Shown: positions 51,673 to 56,305 of the stretch, in pieces | Numbering within the stretch: the stretch's first letter is position 1 | How the letters are laid out: every line of letters starts with the position of its first letter | Virus record (IMG/VR): IMGVR_UViG_3300028326_000005 | Coordinates: 1-56,305 of that record | DNA length: 56,305 nucleotides | Strand: one strand, 5' to 3' | DNA from: a virus | Taxonomy: Duplodnaviria > Caudoviricetes | Notes under the pieces: generated by a model | Database searches by the model: none | The model's input: the letters and a program-made list of their open reading frames with translations, nothing else | Told to the model about the DNA's origin: nothing | Made by a program: the position numbers and the translations under genes

Positions 51673-52506
51673 ATGTATAGTTTGACTGATTTTCTGAAGC
51701 ACGTACAGGATATTGCCGCAGCAAACCCGGTATATGTCAACGGTGGATTAACCAGGTCAAAACTGGACTGCGTCGGATTGCCGATGCTTGCCATGAAAGA
51801 ACTTGGACGCAAATCTTACGACATGCACAGCAGCAACTATTTCTACAGATACCAAGTAGATGATCTTGTTCAAATTACTGGAGAAGAAGATGTATACCTT
51901 GGTATGCTGCTGTTTAAAACGCGGTCAGATGAGGAAACCGGGTATGACTTAAGTACGACATACATTACGGGCCGATACAACACTGGCGACTACCTGGATG
52001 CATACCACGTTGGTATTGTTACCGGAGTCCATCCGCTGGAGATCACGGAGTGTACCTCTACGGGACTTGCCAGCGGCATTAAAATCACATCCAAACTTGG
52101 AAGCCCTTCCAGAGGTGGATGGGACTGCGGCGGCAAACTGAAGGGGATCGACTACGAAGATTATGATGGCGAAGGAGATACTGTTATGGAATTAACCGGA
52201 AAAACCTGCATTGTAACGGGTGGCGCGCTGAACCTGCGTGAATCTAAGAACACGGCCAGTATCCGTATTTGTTTAATTCCGGAAGGAACGAATGTTTACT
52301 GCTACGAGGACGACGGAACCTGGTCCCGCATTAAGTATGATGTTTCCGGAAAAACATACACTGGCTACGTGAAAAGCGAATTCCTTTCTGAATCCATTGA
52401 CGGAGCAACAACGAATGAAGATTCTTCTTCCGCAGAATCAGGGGTAACGCTTAAGCTTACTATGGCTGAAGCAGAGATGCTGAAGGCCGTTTTAAGTCGA
52501 CTGTAG
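51673..52506 (+). CDS. Endolysin: NlpC/P60-like peptidase plus SH3b
   Basis: LDCVGL (Cys), YHVGIV (His); LNLRES...WSRIKY...GYVKSEFL. Confidence 0.78.
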   Translation: MYSLTDFLKHVQDIAAANPVYVNGGLTRSKLDCVGLPMLAMKELGRKSYDMHSSNYFYRYQVDDLVQITGEEDVYLGMLLFKTRSDEETGYDLSTTYITGRYNTGDYLDAYHVGIVTGVHPLEITECTSTGLASGIKITSKLGSPSRGGWDCGGKLKGIDYEDYDGEGDTVMELTGKTCIVTGGALNLRESKNTASIRICLIPEGTNVYCYEDDGTWSRIKYDVSGKTYTGYVKSEFLSESIDGATTNEDSSSAESGVTLKLTMAEAEMLKAVLSRL

Positions 52507-52530
52507 AAATGTGGCGGAGGAATAGCAACA

Positions 52531-52890
52531 TTGGAAGCAATTACTTTTGACAACATAAAGACTGCTATTATTGTTTTGCTGGCAATTGCGGGAGCGTTAA
52601 GAATAGTTGACGGCGCAATTGATGCCATCAAGAAATGGCGAAAACCGAGAACCGATGTTGAAGAGAATACCAAGCTTGAACTGGATAGTATTCTTAAGAA
52701 AATGGATACCGGAAAACAACGATTAGACTGCCATGATGAGCAGATACAAGATATTCAGGACATGTGCCGCGCATCCTGTATGGCGTTGAAAGCGTTACTG
52801 TCGCACGGTATTAACGGAAATAGCATCGACAAGTTAAAACTGGCGGAAGAAAAACTGGATTCCTATTTAATCGAAGCGGGGACCAAGTAA
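52531..52890 (+). CDS. Holin-like membrane protein with coiled coil
   Basis: N-terminal TM, C-terminal LLSHGINGN. Confidence 0.6.
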   Translation: MEAITFDNIKTAIIVLLAIAGALRIVDGAIDAIKKWRKPRTDVEENTKLELDSILKKMDTGKQRLDCHDEQIQDIQDMCRASCMALKALLSHGINGNSIDKLKLAEEKLDSYLIEAGTK

Positions 52891-52891
52891 T

Positions 52892-53239
52892 ATGCGGAAA
52901 CCGGAGAAGAAAGCCCGGGCGCCTACTGCCCGGATCGGCGGCAAGAGCGCTGCGGATATTGTGCTATTTGCGCTGGAGTGCAGTCAACGTATCGGACAGT
53001 GGATCACTCTGCTGGCCATTGTGCATATTCTGTCCACAGAGATTGCGGTAATGATATGCCCGGCGCTATACGAGCCTTTGCAGGGGGTTCTGGACACGTG
53101 CCAGGGACTCTACAAACTATCGATCAGCGCTTATTTTGGGAAGGCCGCAATCGAAAACACGCTTAAGATCTGGACAAATATCAAAACCGTTGACCCCGCA
53201 CTGACAGTGGTTGACGACACATCTGATGGAAACGGATAA
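52892..53239 (+). CDS. Membrane protein in the lysis module
   Basis: Hydrophobic segments; YFGKAAIEN. Confidence 0.55.
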   Translation: MRKPEKKARAPTARIGGKSAADIVLFALECSQRIGQWITLLAIVHILSTEIAVMICPALYEPLQGVLDTCQGLYKLSISAYFGKAAIENTLKIWTNIKTVDPALTVVDDTSDGNG

Positions 53240-53253
53240 GGAGGAGAATCATT

Positions 53254-53772
53254 ATGATGGCATGGTATTGGGTTTTGGCAATCATCGTCGGCTTCTTTGC
53301 AGTAGCCGGTTTTCTGGTATGGCTGGGTTTGAAGGGTAAACTCGGGGCGTCTGGTATGAATCTGATTACAAAGATTATGAATGCCCTTACCGACATCTCG
53401 GCGGCAGCTGCCGCAGCAACCGAGAACTCGACTATTGACGTGATCGCGTTGGTGATGCAACTTGTGGAGAAGGCGGTTCACGCTGCCGAAAACGCGTACT
53501 ATAATAATTTGATTACTGCGGACGAACGGTATGCCCTGTGCATGCAATATTTTGACGAGATGCTGGTGGCTGCCGGGATCACGCTGGAAGAATCCCAACG
53601 GAAGATTGTGGATGCGTTGATCAAAGCCGCCTGTGAAGAACTGGGCCATAATACGGTGATCACCGAACCAATTAAAACGACTGCCCAAACGGTGGTCGCC
53701 GAACCGATTAAAATGACTGCCCAGACAAGGTTGCTGGCTGATAGCGCAGGTGCAGATTCTATTCTAGATTAA
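53254..53772 (+). CDS. Holin-like protein (LL-H-like)
   Basis: N-terminal TM; VEKAVHAAE...IVDALIKAAC. Confidence 0.6.
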   Translation: MMAWYWVLAIIVGFFAVAGFLVWLGLKGKLGASGMNLITKIMNALTDISAAAAAATENSTIDVIALVMQLVEKAVHAAENAYYNNLITADERYALCMQYFDEMLVAAGITLEESQRKIVDALIKAACEELGHNTVITEPIKTTAQTVVAEPIKMTAQTRLLADSAGADSILD

Positions 53773-53849
53773 ACATTTTATTCTAGAATAGAAGTACAGT
53801 ACGCAGGTGACGGTTTTGTGTGATATATTGTCAGCATGACCAGCATATG

Positions 53850-53884
53850 GAGGGTGCGCGTAGTGTGCACCCTCTTTTATTTTT
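53850..53884 (+). terminator. Terminator after the lysis module
   Basis: GAGGGTGCGC-GTAGT-GTGCACCCTC then TTTTATTTTT. Confidence 0.8.
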
Positions 53885-54034
53885 CTGAAAGGACCGCTGA
53901 CTGTGACTCAAAATAACCTGCACGACATGTTGACAAAAAACGGCAATACGATTATCGTTGTGGTGCCGAATCTTGAAAACGGAATAACAAATCAGGCGGA
54001 CATATTATGTGCACAACAAGGGGTGAACACTGAT

Positions 54035-55156
54035 ATGTCCAAACAGTTGAAAGACCGGGTCCAGATTGGGACGGACGAGAAAGGCCTGCCCATCTACAAA
54101 TGGGCAACAGGCCAGACCAAGCAGGAACTGCAGGCGAGCATCGCGAGGATTATAGTGGAGGCCGGAATCGTATCCGGGATAACACCCGGACAGGCAGCGC
54201 CCTCCAAACCGGAGAAAACGCTTACTGTGGAAGAGTTTATCCTTGAAACCTATATTCCGACCTTTATGACAAATCTTGCCCCGACGACCCGGGAGAACTA
54301 CCGGCAGTACATCAATCTGAATATCCTTCCCTTTATGGGGAACTTCAAAATGGATCAGGTAACGGTTACGACAGTGCAGCAGTTTTACGATTGGATGGCG
54401 ACTGCCGCACAGAGGGGCCGGAAACAAAACCTGAACCAGAAAACGATCGAACGGATAAGTGGGTTAGCCAGCCGGATCTTCAAGGTGGCTTTTGAAATGA
54501 AGGTGATTGACGACACCCCCTTTAAAAAGACGCTGCTGACGATCCACGCAGAGGAAGCAGACCACCATCACGCTCTGCCCGATGAACTGGTTTACCGGGT
54601 AAAACAGGAGATCCCGTTGCTTACAAACCGGGATGAACGCCTGTACATGGCGCTGCTGGCCTACACCGGGATGCGCCCCGAAGAAATACGGGGGATTGCA
54701 TGGGAAGAACTGAATCTTGAGGAGCAGTTTGGAACGATCCGGAAGGCAGTAACCTATCCGGGGAACAATAAAGCGCACATCGGAAAACCGAAAAGCAAAC
54801 GTTCCGGCCGGACAATACTGCTGCCGAAACCGCTTGTTGACATTTTGCTGCCAGAGAGACAGCCTTGTGGTTTTGTATGCGGCGGGGCCGAACCATGGGG
54901 GTATACCAAGGCAGCGAGGGTCAGCAATGCCGCGTTTGAGAAACTGGGGATTGATCAATACACCGATTACGACTTTCGTTCCACCTTCGGCACCCAACTC
55001 AAAGAGATGGGGATGACATCGGCACAGGTGGCGGATGTGATGGGCCACGCAGATACGAGGATGGTCGAAACGGTGTATGCACGGGCAAGGCACGAAGGCA
55101 TTATGAAGCAACTTTCGGTTGTCGAAAAACTTGCTTTTGTGGAGACTTCTGGGTGA
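54035..55156 (+). CDS. int: Tyrosine integrase
   Basis: YTGMRPEE, KPKSK, YDFRSTF, MGHAD, TVY; probable start ATG 54035; adjacent to the att site. Confidence 0.92.
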   Translation: MSKQLKDRVQIGTDEKGLPIYKWATGQTKQELQASIARIIVEAGIVSGITPGQAAPSKPEKTLTVEEFILETYIPTFMTNLAPTTRENYRQYINLNILPFMGNFKMDQVTVTTVQQFYDWMATAAQRGRKQNLNQKTIERISGLASRIFKVAFEMKVIDDTPFKKTLLTIHAEEADHHHALPDELVYRVKQEIPLLTNRDERLYMALLAYTGMRPEEIRGIAWEELNLEEQFGTIRKAVTYPGNNKAHIGKPKSKRSGRTILLPKPLVDILLPERQPCGFVCGGAEPWGYTKAARVSNAAFEKLGIDQYTDYDFRSTFGTQLKEMGMTSAQVADVMGHADTRMVETVYARARHEGIMKQLSVVEKLAFVETSG

Positions 55157-55165
55157 TTTTCTAGT

Positions 55166-55212
55166 CGTTGACATCGTGGAGGTCATAGGTTCGAGCCCTA
55201 CTAATCCCACCA
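55166..55212 (+). other. Prophage att site: 3' half of tRNA-Val(GAC)
   Basis: CG-TTGACAT-CGTGG-AGGTC-ATAGG-TTCGAGC-CCTAC-TAATCCC-ACCA; no D arm or 5' acceptor strand upstream. Confidence 0.85.
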
Positions 55213-55221
55213 TACAAGTAA

Positions 55222-55266
55222 CGCATCCCGCCGGCATCAACGTGATGACACGGGATGTGTTTCTTA
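55222..55266 (+). terminator. Host terminator downstream of the tRNA site
   Basis: GCATCCCG...CGGGATGT then GTTTCTT. Confidence 0.55.
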
Positions 55267-55336
55267 TTATGTGAGTTTTAATCTACTCCCTTGATTTGAT
55301 CGTTCGCTTTCTTCGCCGTTGAACTTAAAAGCATTT

Positions 55337-55846
55337 CTATTCCTGAAAGGCAGGGTCTGTTAACAAGTCGTTTAACCGGATAATTTTGCTGCCTTTGCTT
55401 TCATAATAGCGCAGCATTCCTTCAATTTTCTTTTTATCATAACTGGTTATACAGTCGGACAGGACGAAGACATTATAATTTTCTTTGCGCAAATTATAAC
55501 AGGTAGATTTTACACAGGCAGTGGCATCCGCTCCTGTTATGTAAAAATCGGATATGGCATGATCTTGAATGAAGGCTTCCAGTTCTTCACAGGTTAATGC
55601 GTTCCCCTTTGTCTTTGTGAAGATGTTCTTGGATGCGATGATTAAGTCAGAAGCCAGTTCGGCTCCATGTGTATTCGGCTTAAATGTTCTCGTGCCATCC
55701 GACAGGTTTTCATGCCGGACATAGATGACATGGATATCATGATTAACCGCCCAATGAATCGCTTTATTAATATTATCAATGATATCCTTGTAATTCTTTG
55801 TGATGTCATTTTGGATGTCTATGATCACCAGGGCTTTATTTCGCAT
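55337..55846 (-). CDS. Isochorismatase-family cysteine hydrolase (host)
   Basis: ALVIIDIQND, KTK, GADATACVKST, LSDCI; AGGAGG RBS. Confidence 0.88.
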   Translation of the reverse strand: MRNKALVIIDIQNDITKNYKDIIDNINKAIHWAVNHDIHVIYVRHENLSDGTRTFKPNTHGAELASDLIIASKNIFTKTKGNALTCEELEAFIQDHAISDFYITGADATACVKSTCYNLRKENYNVFVLSDCITSYDKKKIEGMLRYYESKGSKIIRLNDLLTDPAFQE

Positions 55847-56305
55847 CGTGTTTCCTCCTGAAAGAAGACTGATTGAGTTACGGTTCTATTTTACTCTGCA
55901 AATGTTGACAACAGCATGTCAACATTGCAGAGTATATAGTAATACTTTTTGCTTGCTCTGTCGCTTCTCAATACAAACAATCTCACGCCGCGCCCCTTCG
56001 CACCGTGCCCGCATCGTTGTTTTCTGTCGGCTACTGCCCCTGATTCGTCGCTTTGTGTTTATTCATTAATAAGATTGCGAACCGTTTCCCTGCCCCTTAT
56101 GCGCAAGACAGAAAATTCAAACAAGGCAGAGTCGGTCAACGACCCGATTCTGCCCTGTTCGATATAATACCGCAATTTAAATACGTTTTTCCTTGCTAAC
56201 CTGCGATGTTTCTGTTTACTTACCCTTTCACGCTGCCCAGCACAATACCTTTCACGAAGTACCGTTGCAGGAACGGGTACACCAGAATGATCGGCAACGA
56301 CCCCA

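Larger units (their letters stand above)
1..55212 (+). mobile_element. Integrated prophage (siphovirus-like), left end outside the window
   Basis: Co-oriented replication, packaging, head, tail and lysis modules, ending in a tyrosine integrase next to a tRNA 3' fragment, followed by a host-type gene. Confidence 0.93.

Noticed and set aside
55157-55212. Functional tRNA-Val gene
   Set aside because: 5' acceptor strand, D arm and most of the 5' anticodon stem are missing; it is the att duplication
55800-56305. Short ORFs in the host flank
   Set aside because: No RBS or recognisable motifs; any real gene would extend beyond the window

Overview
Positions 1 to about 55,212 are most of an integrated siphovirus-type prophage, almost all on the + strand. 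Its left end lies outside the window. The right end is marked by a tyrosine integrase followed by the duplicated 3' half of a tRNA-Val(GAC) (att site, 55166-55212), then host DNA with an isochorismatase-family gene. Class III RNR, sigmaA promoters and SH3b domains suggest an anaerobic Firmicute host. Gene order: small membrane-protein cassettes and DUF6353-like paralogues; a helicase-primase-exonuclease gene and a separate family-B polymerase gene; SSB; SF2 helicase; ThyX-like; NrdD; an iteron-like origin; two PD-(D/E)XK nucleases; a 939-aa protein with the two-barrel RNA polymerase motif DFDGD; a putative cos region; head, tail and lysis modules; integrase. From memory, the layout resembles Lactococcus phage 1706 and Rhodococcus ReqiPepy6-like phages. 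The most notable inferred system is a self-contained transcription circuit: a single-chain RNA polymerase with three HTH motifs and a possible capsid-processing tag, eight exactly spaced CGCGA-N6-C-N8-TWATG motifs that each open a promoter-(gene)-terminator cassette, a terminator family with conserved loops, and a second motif (TCAAAATGG) seen only in the late half. One cassette sits between the two halves of the DNA polymerase. Also notable: a tRNA-Leu-like RNA with no anticodon arm, a combinatorial 18-bp repeat gene, and tandem Dit paralogues. All calls are from motif reading by eye; no database searches were run.
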